In this document: one piece after another, positions 40,140-54,370 of the stretch
Position numbering within the stretch: position 1 is the stretch's first letter
How the letters are laid out: each line of letters begins with the position of its first letter
From: Eledone cirrhosa
Lineage: Eukaryota
DNA: 64,000 bases
NCBI GenBank assembly: GCA_964016885.1
Contig: OZ024741.1
Coordinates: 175,212,001-175,276,000 of the forward strand
Direction of reading: 5' to 3'
The notes under the pieces: model-generated
Told to the model about the DNA's origin: nothing
What the model saw: only the letters and a program-made list of their open reading frames with translations
Databases searched by the model: none
Made by a program: the position numbers and the translations under genes

Positions 40140-42250
40140 GCGATCAGTCATGATCTTGCACATGTCGACTGGTCCTTCACGCACACTCACACACCCACTA
40201 ACATCAAAAAGTCCTGGCAGACATTTGTGGACACTGTTACAAACATGTGTGCAAAACACACCCCATTAAGAACTATAAACAAATCTAAGAGCAGAATCCC
40301 TAGAAATAGAAAAACGCTCATCAGGAAAATTAAGAGAACTAACAAAAAAATCAACAAGCTGAAATACTGTCAGCAGCAACACACCAACTTGACTGCCATT
40401 TCATCACTACAGATTAAAAATCATAACCTCCAAAACAATATGATGTCTATCATCAACAATCAGAGAAGAGCTGAAGAGGCCTGGGCCATTGAGAGGACCA
40501 AACTCAATCCCAAAGTGTTCTTTTCATTTGCAAAAAAACACAAAATCACTGGCTCTACTGTTGGCCCTCTAATTGATGAAAATGGCACTCTTCAAGACAA
40601 TGCTAAAACCATGGGTCAGATACTGCAGAAACAATACTGCTCTGTTTTCAGCAATCCTGATATGGCCGATCTAGGCTGTATCGGCGATGTTACTCCCCAT
40701 TACACCTTATCGGACATAACGTTTGGCGCCCCTGATGTCTTAACGGCAATAAAGGAAATCAAGCATAATTTAGCAGTAGGTCCCGATAGTTTCCCTGCTT
40801 GTGTTTTGAAGGCGTGTCAACACCAACTTGCATCCCCTCTTGCCAATCTGTGGCGGAACTCACTGGATGCTGGATATGTGCCAGAAAACCTTCTATCCCA
40901 GTTTGTTGTCCCAGTTTTCAAAAAAGGAAACAAATCCCTTGCCATGAATTACCGTCCAATCTCACTCACCTCTCATATCATTAAGGTATTTGAGAGAGTG
41001 GTGAGATCGCGAATGACTCACTTCCTTGAGAGTAACAATATGCTGAACTCCAACCAGCATGGATTCCGTAATGGAAGGGATTGCCTGACGCAGCTACTGC
41101 ATCACTTTGATGACATTTTGAGAGTCTTGGGAGAGGGTTCCAACACTGATGTTATCTACCCTGATTTCAGGAAGGCATTTGACAGGGTTGATCACAACAT
41201 TCTACTGAGAAAGCTGTCCAATATTGGTGGCACTGGAAAGCTGCTGCAGTGGATCAAGTGCTTCCTGTCAAACAGAACCCAACATGTTGTAGTCGAAGGA
41301 GTCAAATCCAGCCCAGCCAGTAGTGGGGTCAAATCCAGACCAAGTCAGTAGTGGGGTCCCACAAGGCACTGTGTTGGGCCACTTCTCTTCATCATCTATA
41401 TTAATGACATCACTGACATCATCAAACACAGCAACATTAGAATTTTCGCTGATGATTCCAAGCTCCAGAAGGTCATCAATGGCGTGGATGACCGGATAAG
41501 CCTTCAGTCAGACCTACCGGCTGTTACCCAATGGGCGGAAAAGAACAACATGTTACTGAACGAAGACAAATTCGAACTGATCCACTTTGGAAAAGAGGAT
41601 GCTCTGAAACTCCCGTACTCCCTACTCTCCGGTGAAACTCTCGTGGCATCTAACAACATCAGAGACTTGGGAGTAACTGTGGACAGCAACATAAGCCGGG
41701 CCACGCATATAAGCAGCAAAGTTGACATGGGCCGCAGAATGTGTTCCTGGATCCTCAGAACCTTCCAGTCGAGAGATTCCCACACTATTATCCTTCTTTT
41801 CTCCACTTTTGCCCGACCACACCTTGAATACTGTTGTCCACTGTGGTCTCCCCACACGAAACAAAGTATCATGAAACTTGAAGCTCCCCAAAGGGCAATC
41901 ACGAAAAAGATAGATGGCATGTCAGACCTTGACTACTGGGGTCAACTAGAAAAGCTGAAACTTTACTCACTCCAACGTCGCCGTGAGCGTTATATTATCT
42001 GCATGATGTGGAAAATGTTTCATCAGCACTGTCCAAATGATGTTGGCATCACCTTCAAAATACACCCAAGGCTTGGGACCCGTACTATCCGTCCCAAACA
42101 AAAATCTAAATCGCAACTCGTAACAACAATACGCCACAAATATTTCACCTCAATTGGCCCTGCCCTCTTCAACATCACACCAGGAAACGTCAAAACAGAA
42201 ACTGACCACACAGAATTGAACAAGTCTTTGGACAAATTCCTCCAAGTAAC
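40140..42250 (+). mobile_element. CR1/L2-group LINE ORF2 fragment (RT), decayed
   Basis: NYRPISLTS, QHGFR, DF.KAFD.V, GVPQG, FADD, RPHLEYCCPLWSP. A short internal duplication near 41300-41357 breaks the frame. Confidence 0.88.
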
Positions 42251-42379
42251 AGTAATTCCCTTCTCGAATGGGTCATGGTGCCCAAATCCTTCGCCAGGTG
42301 GTGCTATTAAGTTAGACATGGCCTGGGCCAATACTGGCCAAAACATTTCAAAGTTCAAAGTTATATATATATTATATCT

Positions 42380-42427
<48 letters not shown>

Positions 42428-42505
42428 CTATATCTATTATATATATCTATTATATTATATATATATATATTATATATTATATATATATATATATATATAT
42501 TATAT

Positions 42506-42584
<79 letters not shown>

Positions 42585-42740
42585 TTGGAGCTCTGAAATA
42601 GCAATACATATATGAATGTATATATAATGTATTTTGCAATACACTTTATGCTTAATTAAAAGCATTTTGAAGACCGTATGCTATTGTTTTAGAGTAGTGA
42701 CAAACTCACTTACTTTAATCTCAGCAAACAAGGGGAGATA

Positions 42741-42785
42741 AGCCGACAAGGCCTTGTTTCGCATTTATTGATGCTTATCAAGGCT
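42741..42785 (-). ncRNA. Type I hammerhead ribozyme (family H, U3:A8 variant)
   Basis: Reverse complement of 43219-43263. Confidence 0.8.
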
Positions 42786-43218
42786 AACTACTCCCTCCTG
42801 TCTACTGAGATCACTGATGTTATATTCTTATAGAATTATAGTAAATAATCAGGAACTGATTATACAGAGCGGTTGCCGGTCAGGCAGAAATTAAAAATTA
42901 GAATTGGAGCTCTGAAATAGCAATATATATATATATGAATGTATATATAATGTATTTTGCAATACACTTTATGCTTAATTAAAAGCATTTTGAAGACCGT
43001 ATGCTATTGTTTTAGAGTAGTGACAAACTCACTTACTTTAATCTCAGCAAACATACATTATATATACATTCATATATATATTGCTATTTCAGAGCTCCAA
43101 TTCTAATTTTTAATTTCTGCCTGACCGGCAACCGCTCTGTATAATCAGTTCCTGATTATTTACTATAATTCTATAAGAATATAACATCAGTGATCTCAGT
43201 AGACAGGAGGGAGTAGTT

Positions 43219-43263
43219 AGCCTTGATAAGCATCAATAAATGCGAAACAAGGCCTTGTCGGCT
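43219..43263 (+). ncRNA. Type I hammerhead ribozyme (family H, U3:A8 variant)
   Basis: AGCC-TTGATAA-GCAT-caataa-ATGC-GAAA-CAAG-gc-CTTG-TC-GGCT. Confidence 0.82.
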
Positions 43264-43409
43264 TATCTCCCCTTGTTTGCTGAGATTAAAGTAAGTGAGT
43301 TTGTCACTACTCTAAAAAAATAGCATACGGTCTTCAAAATGCTTTTAATTAAGCATAAAGTGTATTGCAAAATACATTATATATACATATATATATATAT
43401 TATAATATA

Positions 43410-45070
43410 TGTAGGAGGTGAGTTTTATTGTAGTACAATAAAGCAATGCAGATATCGGATAAGAAGCACTCTACAGTTTGTAGGACTGGAGTATACATAA
43501 TATATAAGAACAAAAGATGGTTAAAAGAGTTCCATGTATTTAACACTATAAAATTTTCCTATTCTACATCCTCCAACATTTCCAACATTATCTCTAAACA
43601 CAACAATAACATACTAAATACTAAATCTCTTCCTTCCAACACTGAATATCATAATAATAGTACTCCCGACGTCATTGTAAACCCTAGGCTAATTTCTACA
43701 AACCCAAATACAACGTCAAACACAACTTCGCTAAATGTTCTTAATCCCATTCTAAATCAAGAAACTATTATTCCTATCGCAAATAACTTCTCCAATCCAA
43801 TTCCTTCTATAGATAACACTAGGTCACTCATTAATAATCTCTCTAATTGCAATTGCAATTGCCCTATTAAAAATAAATGTCCTCTCAACAACCATTGTCT
43901 TGATAAAAACTTAATTTACGAATGTAAAGTTATAACTGACACCAATTCCTTCACCTATTTTGGCTCCACTTCAACCTCTTTTAAAGCTCGTCTTTATAAC
44001 CATCATTCGTCTTTTAAATACAAACTTAAAACAACCAACACGGCTCTCTCAGAACTCATATGGTCCTTGAAAGACAAAAATATTAAATATAGCATCTTTT
44101 GGAAGAAGGTTTCTTCTGCGTCTTTATACTTGAACAGTTCTCTATCCAAAATTTGCAATCTCTGTCTAAATGAAAAATTTACCATTATTTCTAATCTAGA
44201 TTCTATAATAAATAGACGCACTGACTTGTTTTCTATCTGCTTGCATACATTCCATAAAACATTTCACAAAGTATACAGCTAATATTCAATTCTTTATCAA
44301 TTTAGAATCTTTTTCTCAAAGGCACACATATATATATACACTTCTTTTAAAAATATACCCATGTCTAACCCCTAATCTGTACCTTTTCTCACTCTTGCCT
44401 AACATAGAATAAATTATTACATAATACAATACATTCTTACTCTATATCACCTTGTAAAAATCCTTCGTAAACATATACATTTTTTGACGTTAGATTATTC
44501 ATCCTCAATTCATTATTCTTTTCTCCCTTTCATCTAACTCATTATTCTCAATACATATTAACATTTTCTTTTTCTTCGCACATATTATCAAACCCCTCAA
44601 TATACAAACCTTAACTTTACATTATTTTTCTCTTCGTTAATTTTCAAATTCTTTTAATTTATACATTATCTTCCAACGGTTTTCAACCTCTCTATGTAAA
44701 ACAATATATCTTTCTCAGTTATAAAAGCTATCTCTCTCTCTCTATCACCCATCTCTCCTCCTATCTCATCCTTCCTCATTATACTCCCCCCCTCTCCACC
44801 TTTTACTCTCATCTCCTCCTCTTTTTTTCATCCTTTCCACCCCCCCCTCTAAATAAAATATTTTTCCCAATATCACACATCAATCTAAAACTACTTCTCA
44901 TATGTTGATTTAAAACTGAACTATCCACAAGTGTTTTTTAATCTTCATATCATGTCTTCCTGTTTTATCTGATGAAAACACAAATATTATTGCATGATGA
45001 TATTTGTTTTTGAAATGCGCATAATAAAATACATGGAACTCTTTTAACCATCTTTTGTTCTTATATATTA
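43410..45070 (+). mobile_element. 5'-truncated Penelope-like element D (Nematis-like GIY-YIG) with inverted 5' pLTR tail, in (TA)n
   Basis: CNCNC..KCPL..CLDKNLIY...YFGST..FKARLYNH...CNLCLNEK (43540-44282). 43410-43541 is an inverted pLTR tail. Confidence 0.88.
44963..45029 (+). ncRNA. Type I hammerhead ribozyme (family D) in the 3' pLTR
   Basis: TTTTAT-CTGATGA...GAAA-TGCGCA-TA-ATAAAA. Confidence 0.87.
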
Positions 45071-45235
45071 TATTATAATATATATATATATATATTGTAA
45101 TATATAAATATATTATATATTATAATATATATATATATGATATATTATAATATATATATATACATATATATATTATAATATATATATCTATTATATATTA
45201 TAATATATATATATATATGTATATGATATATTATA

Positions 45236-45266
<31 letters not shown>

Positions 45267-45371
45267 ATTATATATATATATTATATATATATATATATTA
45301 TATATATATATTATATATATTATATATATATATATATTATATATATTATATAATATATATATTATATATAT

Positions 45372-45402
<31 letters not shown>

Positions 45403-45445
45403 ATATATATATATATATATATTATATATACATTATATATATATT

Positions 45446-45476
<31 letters not shown>

Positions 45477-45484
45477 ATATATAT

Positions 45485-45800
45485 ATAAGTATGTAGACGT
45501 ACATACATACATGTATACAGACGCACAGTATTATGTATATATATATACATACATGCACACATACATATATGTACGTATGGATTCACCGAGCATTTATTAT
45601 AATGGTCGGTGTGTTTGTAACACACCGAGCATTATAATAAATGTTCGGTGAATCCATACGTACATATATGTATGTGTGCATGTACATACATGCACACATA
45701 CTACTGTACGTCTGTATACATGTATGTATGTACATGTACATACTTATATTTAAGTAACAGCCGTACTAAGAGTGGGAAATGAAATTTCGTTTCATTTTTT
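45485..45800. repeat. Fold-back element in (TA)n
   Basis: Imperfect palindrome centred near 45617. Confidence 0.65.
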
Positions 45801-45802
45801 CC

Positions 45803-45856
<54 letters not shown>

Positions 45857-46012
45857 TATAATATATATATAATATATATGTAATATATATATAATATATA
45901 TATAATATATATATAATATATATATAATATATATATATAATATATATATAATATATATATAATATATATATATATTATATATATAATATATATATAATAT
46001 ATATATATATAT

Positions 46013-46058
<46 letters not shown>

Positions 46059-46062
46059 TATA

Positions 46063-46120
<58 letters not shown>

Positions 46121-46167
46121 TATATTATATATATAATATATATATAATATATATATATATTATATAA

Positions 46168-46305
46168 CGAAGGAAATGTGGTAAGGAACCATATGGACCA
46201 TAACGCACCAAAGTACTCAATACTTAGAGTAGTAGAGTGGGTGATAGTCCAGAATTAGCCGTCGAAACGGCTCGAGCTCAGCTGTCGGGGTCCTACTCGT
46301 TCCTA
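46168..46305. mobile_element. Fold-back family B pLTR fragment
   Basis: Inverted arm joined at TAG to TAGTCCAGAATTAGCCGTCGAAAC. Confidence 0.72.
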
Positions 46306-46310
46306 TATAT

Positions 46311-46342
<32 letters not shown>

Positions 46343-46376
46343 ATTATATATATATTATATATATATATATATTATA

Positions 46377-46416
<40 letters not shown>

Positions 46417-46554
46417 TATTATATATATATATATTATATAAATACATATATATATATTATATATATATATTATATATATATATTATATATATATATTATA
46501 TATATATATATATATATTTATATTATATATATATATATATATTATATATATATA

Positions 46555-46602
<48 letters not shown>

Positions 46603-46622
46603 TATTATATATATATTATATA

Positions 46623-46996
46623 TAGTAATGATAATAAATTTGAAGACTAAAATCCAAAGAGGGCTCGATAAGGATAAATATATATCAAATATACCTGTAT
46701 GTTTTGTGAAGGTATGTATACTTTCTCATACGTATATTTGCTGTATTTGTTATAGACGTATATATTATATTATATATACTGGTACATGAGTTATAGTTAT
46801 GTGTATACGTGAGTTTTGCGTTTGTGTGTGTATGCGGGTTTGCACGTATGTAGGGTGTTTTGTATATGTGTACTTCGTGTTTTGGTTGACGTACGTTTAG
46901 CGAACATACGTGTATTTACGTGTAGGTATGTGTGTGCGCGCGTTATATACGTATTTATGTGTGTATATTTATATACGTTTATATAATTATATGTAT

Positions 46997-47054
<58 letters not shown>

Positions 47055-47610
47055 CTATATATTTTTATATATGTTTTATGTGTATTAGGTGTATACGTTC
47101 GAATGTGTGCGGGTACTGGTGTTGAGTGGGATTTTGTATGTGTGCGCGTGTTTTTGTGTACGTGCCTGTATTTGCATACCCATGGCGGAATTTTCGCGTA
47201 TGCATGTGTATGTACGTATATGGATGCGTGCATGTATATATTTAATTATTGTTGATTTCAATAACCTCTGTAATTTACTTACATTATTCTTAACTCTGAA
47301 GCCGAGAAACATTCGGTTTCCTAAATAGAATTTTAGTCTACGACTTCAGTTATACCATAAACGTGGTTTTGTCTTTGCGTGTAATTGTTCTCTCGCCCCA
47401 CATAATGACGTATCTTCGTTTTTTCCGTTCTTTGCTAGAGAACGTATTCACGAACCGAAGTATCGTCTTCCTGTCTTCCTTCGGCTGCAACGTTTTTCGA
47501 AATATTTACTTCTGCGTTCACAGATTGATTTTGAAGTTTCATAAGATCCCGTTAAGGGTGAAAGCAACGATCTATTGCTTAAACTTTAATCTGTTATTTT
47601 AATAAATATA
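46623..47610 (+). mobile_element. Family C PLE-type 3' UTR/pLTR with short inverted 5' tail; HHR at 47535-47585 has CATAAGA (G5U)
   Basis: Homologous to the reverse complement of 19754-20330. Stem III here is GCAA/TTGC. Confidence 0.7.
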
Positions 47611-47636
47611 TTATATATATATTATATATATGTTAT

Positions 47637-47673
<37 letters not shown>

Positions 47674-47714
47674 TATATATATAATATATATAGTATATAT
47701 AGAAAGGAGATCTC

Positions 47715-49001
47715 TCTAACATCTAACTACAGGGGGATCTCACTGACGTCACTTGTGGCAAAGACCCTCAGGATGATTCTTAACAGGATCCACCCTGAGA
47801 TAGAGAAGAAACTCAGGGACAACCAGAACGGCTTCAGAGAGGGAAGATCAACCACCAGTCACATCCTGATGCTGAGGAGGATATTAGAGGGATCTAGAGC
47901 AAAGTGCCTTCCTGCGGTCATGGCTTTCATTGACTTTAGGAAGGCCGTTGATTCTGTGGACTGTCACTGCCTAATGAAGATATTACAGGCTTATGGAATC
48001 CCCAAGAAGATAGTGGACCTGATATCACTGCTCTACACCAACACCAAAACCCAAGTCATTACACCTGATGGGATGACAGAGTTCTTTGAGATACTGGCTG
48101 GAGTGCTCCAGGGAGATACATTGGCTCGCTGCCTTTTTATCATCGTAGTGGACTATTGTATGCGCCTTGCACTGGAGAAACTCCAGGACTCTGGCTTTAC
48201 TGTAGCACCGGCTCAGAGCAGGAGAGTTAAGGCGAAAAAGATATCGGCTGCTGAATTTGCCGACGACATAGTTTTGGTGACAAATACAGTGAAGGAGGCA
48301 GAGGATTTGATGCAGGAGGTTGAGACTGTGTCGATGAGTGTGGGGCTGAGAATGAATGAGACTAAAACAAAATATCTGGTAGAGAATGTCGAGAAGCCAG
48401 AGGGGATCACTAATGTAGGCGGGAAGCCGCTAGAATTGGTTGAGGACATCCTGTATTTGAGAGCAATGATTGGGAATACGGAAGATGATGTGGTTGAGAG
48501 GAAGAGCAAAGCCTGGGTGGCGTGTCTCAGCTTGAGATCGGTGTGGAAGTCGGACCTTCGTAAAGACCTGCAAATTCGCCTCTTCATTGCTGTAGTGGAG
48601 TCTGTGCTGCTGTACGGGTCTGAGACTTGGATACTTACCAAGAAACTCACTCAGATGGTGGATGGGTGCTACACTAGAATGCTGAGGATGGCTCTGAACA
48701 TTAATCAGTATACACTGAAGATGAGAAACTCAGAGCTGTATGGGAGCCTCCTAAAAGTCAGCTCAAAAGTGACACAGAGGAGACTGAGGTTAGCTGGACA
48801 TGCTCACCGACATCCACTCAGTGCTCCTGTGGGAGCCCCTACATGGACACACTGGAAGAGGAAGACCAAGGTTAACGTATGTTGTTGCCCTAAGGACAGA
48901 CTCTGGTCTGTTGGAGACGCAGGACATGGCAGCGATAATGAGGTACAGAGACCGCTGGAGAGAACTCGTCCATGGATCTCGGGAATTCTACCCGCCCTAG
49001 A

Positions 49002-49003
<2 letters not shown>
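47715..49003 (+). mobile_element. RTE LINE, 5' truncated (RT and C-terminus), in (TA)n
   Basis: QNGFR, FIDFRKA.DSV, GVLQGDTLA, FADD, ESVLLYGSETW. Confidence 0.92.
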
Positions 49004-49086
<83 letters not shown>

Positions 49087-49269
49087 ATGTTTGTGTATGT
49101 TTCTTGTATAATCGTCTGGAAATATATCTGAAAAGTACCCAATACAATTCAGGAGTGAATCGAATCTTTTTAAAGAAGTTTGACAATATCTACCAAATTA
49201 TATACACACACAGATGTATGCATATACACCCACACTTTCTCTTTCTCGCTTTCTTTCTCTTTCTCACTT

Positions 49270-49409
<140 letters not shown>

Positions 49410-49687
49410 TATGTATGTAAAAGGTAAACAGAAATAACAACATAATTGGTACAGTATATGGAAGGAATATATATATATATGGGAAGAGATATATTAGATA
49501 TGTCTCATTTGAAATAATACAGCCAATTTTCCACGCAATACCTTTAGTTAGCACCCCGAACACATAATTGGGAATATAATCACTTATTTCCTAATGTTTG
49601 TTGAGTGAGTTGGAATTTGGCCGGAGTATTGCTAAAAAGCTTTCTCCGATATTGTATTTATTTATATTTATATATATATATATATAT

Positions 49688-49775
49688 ATTGTTATACTTG
49701 GGGAGGGTCATATTTGTGTAACATTGCCAGAATTAATAACAGAACACACTCATATAAAAAACCTCGCAAAACTAT
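49688..49775. mobile_element. Tiny fold-back fragment of the family F pLTR
   Basis: Inverted TTGTTATACTTGGGAGGGTCAT... joined to direct CATATAAAAAACCTCGCAAAACTA. Confidence 0.7.
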
Positions 49776-49796
49776 ATATGTATATATATGTATATA

Positions 49797-50465
49797 TAGT
49801 AATAATAATAAAATTGAAGAGGGCTCGATAAGGAAAATATATATCAAATATATAAGAACCGTAGAGCAAATATTTATTAAAATAACAGATTAAAGTTTAA
49901 GCAAAGAATCGCTGCTTTCACCCTTAACGGGATCTTCTGAAACTAACAAAGTCAATCTGTAAACGCAGAACTGGATATTTCAAAAAATGTTGCAACCGGA
50001 GGAAGATAGGAAGACGATACTTTGGTTCGTGGTAACGTTCGCTGGCAAAGAACGGGAAAAAACGAATAATACGTCATTAATAGGAGCGGTGAAAAACAAT
50101 TACGCGCAAAGACAGAACCACGTTCATGGTATAAAAGAGGTCGTAGACTAATGTTCTCTTAGGTGGTGCATAGAGACGTTCTCTGGCAATGAACGAAAAA
50201 ACGAAGATAATAAGTCATATGTGGAGCGTGGAGAACAATAGCACGCAAAGACAAAATCACGTAAATGGTAAGCAGAAGTCGTAGACTAAAATTTTAACTA
50301 GGAGACCAAATGAATCTCCGCTACAGAGTTAAGAACAAAGTAAATAAATACAATACAGAAGTAATAGAAACAAATAAATACATACACGCAAACAGATACG
50401 TACATACACAAGCATACGCAAGCAGCGATTCTTTGCTTAAACTTTAATCTGTTATTTTAATAAAT
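49797..50465. mobile_element. Family C fold-back pLTR with HHR at 49894-49944 (minus)
   Basis: Near-identical to 19754-20370. Confidence 0.78.
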
Positions 50466-50469
50466 ATAC

Positions 50470-50559
<90 letters not shown>

Positions 50560-51324
50560 GAGAAGATATATAATTGAGAAGATATAGATTTAGAAGATAT
50601 TTTGAGAAGATATAGATTAAATACGTATAAATACGTATAAATTGAGAAGATATAGATTTCAATACGTATAACTAAACCATTACTTACGCTACGACAATAT
50701 AGTAAACAAAGGCAAGTATATTGAAAAAAAAGCTATGTATTATTAATAATACCGTACATCTTCAGAGGTAGTAGTATGATATACAATGACCTGGTTAGCA
50801 ACAAGTCCAAAGGAATGAAGTGTTCATAAGTAATCACTATATTTTCACTGGACTCTATAATACAACGAGCGGCTATTATGACGTCATTCAAGAACGCTAT
50901 TGCATATTTAAAATAAAAACGATACAATATAATATTTAATATGTGAGCACACAAAGGGTTTTATCCAAATAGATTATTACATTACAGTAAAACAAAAAAA
51001 AAAAAAATGTAATTACAGTGGGGCAGAAACTTCAGAAAAATAAAAAAATAAAACATATTTTTCCCGGTTCTGAAGTAATAGAAAATATATTAAAAAATAT
51101 ATATTACAAACATACAATTCATTTAGTATATGAAGTGGGAGATAACTACGATTAGAATTAATGTTATTTAGGATAGGCTCTGCCATAAATATGTGTGTTT
51201 ATAAATCCAATAACTATCCAACTGAGAGAGTGTAACTTCTATATAGGAAACGAATATATTCGATTAATACGTATACCCTGAAAACACGCAGACATATACC
51301 AACATATACACATAGATATTATTG

Positions 51325-51497
51325 TTGGCAGTATCGGTAGAGAGTCGGACGCCATGCTTTGGCGCATAGCCCTTGCCATTCTGAGTTCAAATCCCGTCGA
51401 GGTTAACTTTGCCTTTCATCCTTACGGGGTCGATAACATAAAGTACCAGTAATACACTGAGTAATTGCTGGCCTTGTGCCAAAAGTAGAAACAATTA
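51325..51497 (+). mobile_element. SINE copy
   Basis: SINE motifs. Confidence 0.88.
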
Positions 51498-51619
51498 TTA
51501 TTTCAATAAAATTATATATATATATACACACACACATGCATATATATAGAGACGTATATAAATACACACAGATGTAAAAATATGTAAATATATACATACT
51601 CAAATATGACTGCGTTCTA

Positions 51620-52090
51620 CAGGACCTGTTGTCGAAGGTTCCCCCGGAGTATGGGATCGACGGACAGCTTCTTGTTGCCTTGATGTCTCTATATGAATAC
51701 CCTTGTACTTTTGTTTGGATAAATGGTGCTAAGTCAAAACTATTCAATGTGGGTTTCTGACTCCGCCAAAGGTGCGTGCTGTCACATCTCCTGTTCATAA
51801 TCTTCATGGACAGGATTGATATGTGCAGTCGTGTTGGAGGTAGTCGAGACTATCGAATCAGTCGGTTGGAATTTGCGGACGACATTGTATTACATAACAC
51901 TTCAGAATGTGATCTACTTCCACTTGATAGGTTTGCTGTTGCGTGCTGCACGGCAGGAATGTAAATCAGTGACGCAAAGACTAAGACACTGGCCTTCCCA
52001 AGGAAGCCTGCACAGTGCCTTCTACATGAATGTGGAGTTCCGCTGAAGCAGATGGGTAAGTCCAAGAATCTTTCGGTCGTGTTTATGATC
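51620..52090 (+). pseudogene. Decayed RTE-like RT fragment
   Basis: G.RQ.CVLSHLLFIIFMDRI...LEFADDIVL. Confidence 0.65.
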
Positions 52091-52241
52091 GGAGCGGATC
52101 TGCCAGGCTGAACAGTCTCCACCCCCTTTCAACGTCCTCAGTTTACTCAAGGAGTTCTATGAATGTAAATGCAATAGTATCCGCATACCTGGTCCTAATT
52201 TTCTCATCAGCCAGAACATCCCGTATTATTCTGTAGGTCGA

Positions 52242-52431
52242 TGGTGGATTGGCAGTATCGGTAGAGGGTCGGGCGCCATGCTTTGAAGCATATAGTTGCC
52301 TCCCTTTATGATCTGAGTTCAAATCCCGCCGAGGTTAACTTTACCTTTCATCCTTACGGGGTCGATAAAATAAAGTACCAGTAATGCACTGGGATAATTG
52401 CTGGCCTGGTGCCAAAAGTAGAAACAATTAT
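52242..52431 (+). mobile_element. SINE with target-site duplication, inserted in a decayed LINE remnant
   Basis: TTATTCTGTAGGTCGAT on both sides. Confidence 0.88.
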
Positions 52432-53561
52432 TCTGTAGGTCGATCTGGACTTGCCAGTTTTGTGGTCTCAGGTTGCAGATAACTAGATGGTGATCAGTTG
52501 ACAGATCAGTTCCAACCGGACATCCAGTACAAACTCAAAGGGATCAGAGACAACAGCAAAATCAATTATTGATTTCTGTCCACGAGTCCCCTTATACCAC
52601 GTGTATTTAATGATCTCTTTGTCTTGAAAGGTGTTCATTAATAGAGAACCAATTACTAGAACAAAAGTCTAATAGAGTCTCCATTCATGTTTATATCGGG
52701 ATCGCTTTTCCTTCGAATGACTCCTTTTCATGTCAGGTAGTCAGTGCCAACATGTGCATTGAAGTCTTCCATTTGAATACACGACTCAGTCGTAACTATA
52801 TCTAACACTGCAGTAAATTCATCAAGGAAGTTCTGTATTCGGACTCTCTGGTGCATAAACTTACACAATTCACAGAGATCTTTTTTTGAGCCTATGCTTC
52901 AAGAGGCAAATCCTCCTTTCCAAGGGGATTTAGTCAATAACACATTCTGACAGTCGAAGCTTCTGAGTATTCCCACTCTCACCTTTGCAGTCATTTCTGG
53001 TCCCATACCTGAATAGTGAATTTTCCATCGTTCATCCAAATCTACCGTACCAAAGTCACGAAACTTTGTTGAAGAAACACTGAAGTAAGTCCATCCTACG
53101 ATTCCCAGGAAATATCTTCAGATCCATCGCCAGTCACCAATTTCGTACAGCTAGGTTGTTTAAGAGACGTTCTTTACTCACTTCATCGTTGATACAAAAC
53201 TATGAGAGTTTTCTTAGGAACTAACAGTGTCACTCATTGCTCCATCTCCAATAGTAGTTTACCACTGTTGGTCCGGCGTTGCCTATTTGTTCTGCAGGAG
53301 CACGCTTATATCGCAACTAACCATCATATTTGGTGACCGTATCGCTATCTGTCATCTGCGACCTGTTCTTTAGTAGAATAGCCCTACTGACAAACGATTT
53401 CTTTACCCCCCTCTCTCTCTCTCTCTCTTAATATCAAACGAATTGATACTAGGATGTTTTTATATGGTCTCTTTAGTTCCTTGAGAATTAAGTATATACA
53501 TATATATATATGAAAAGATTCAGGACCACACCCTATCTGATATATATATATATACATATAC

Positions 53562-53709
<148 letters not shown>

Positions 53710-53795
53710 TCATCATCATCATCATCATCATCGTTTATATATATATATATATACATTATAAATAACAATCAAAGAGTGTTTAAAAATAATGTAAT

Positions 53796-53842
53796 CACTT
53801 AGGATCGTTTCATCCTAGCACAAGGCCGGAATAATCGGAGTA
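53796..53842 (-). ncRNA. Degenerate hammerhead-like motif in a (TA)n-flanked fragment
   Basis: Reverse complement TACT-CCGATTA-[TCC GGC..GCT AGGA]-GAAA-CGATCC-TA-AGTG, with core mutations. Confidence 0.35.
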
Positions 53843-53949
53843 TATAATAAAGGTTAAAATACAAATATATCAGAGGTTTGTCATAAGAACATTTGGAGGA
53901 TACATAATATGGGAAGTAAGCATAAGTATGAACATTTATATATAGAAGC

Positions 53950-54001
<52 letters not shown>

Positions 54002-54067
54002 TTATTAAAATAACAGATTAAAGTTTAAGCAAAGAATCGGTGCTTTCACCTTTAACGGGATCTTCTG

Positions 54068-54118
54068 AGTTTCAGAAGATCCCGTTAAGGGTGAAAGCAG
54101 CGAATCTTTGCTTAAACT
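54068..54118 (+). ncRNA. Type I hammerhead ribozyme (family C) at the centre of a fold-back (54000-54140)
   Basis: AGTTT-CAGAAGA-TCCC..GGGT-GAAA-GCA..TGC-TT-AAACT. The inverted arm ends at 54067. Confidence 0.78.
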
Positions 54119-54212
54119 TTAATCTGTTATTTTAATAAATATTTGCTCTACGGTTCTTATATATTTGATATATATTTATCTTTGGATTTTAGTCTTCAAA
54201 TTTATTATTATT

Positions 54213-54297
54213 TTTGCCTTTCATCCTTACGGGGTCGATAAAATAAAGTACCAGTAATGCACTGGGTAATTGCTGGCCTTGTGCCTAAAGTAGAAAC

Positions 54298-54302
<5 letters not shown>
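54213..54302 (+). mobile_element. 5'-truncated SINE
   Basis: SINE core and tail. Confidence 0.85.

Positions 54303-54370
<68 letters not shown>

Larger units (their letters stand above)
42581..43385. mobile_element. Retrozyme-like family H: 319-nt unit in partial tandem plus inverted copy, in (TA)n
   Basis: AGAATTGGAGCTCTG recurs at 42581 and 42900. 43052-43385 is an inverted unit. No ORF. Confidence 0.7.

Noticed and set aside
43446-43540. N-terminus MQISDKKH... of the 278-aa ORF, also seen at 58040-58252
   Set aside because: Chance read-through of the inverted pLTR, not part of the endonuclease.
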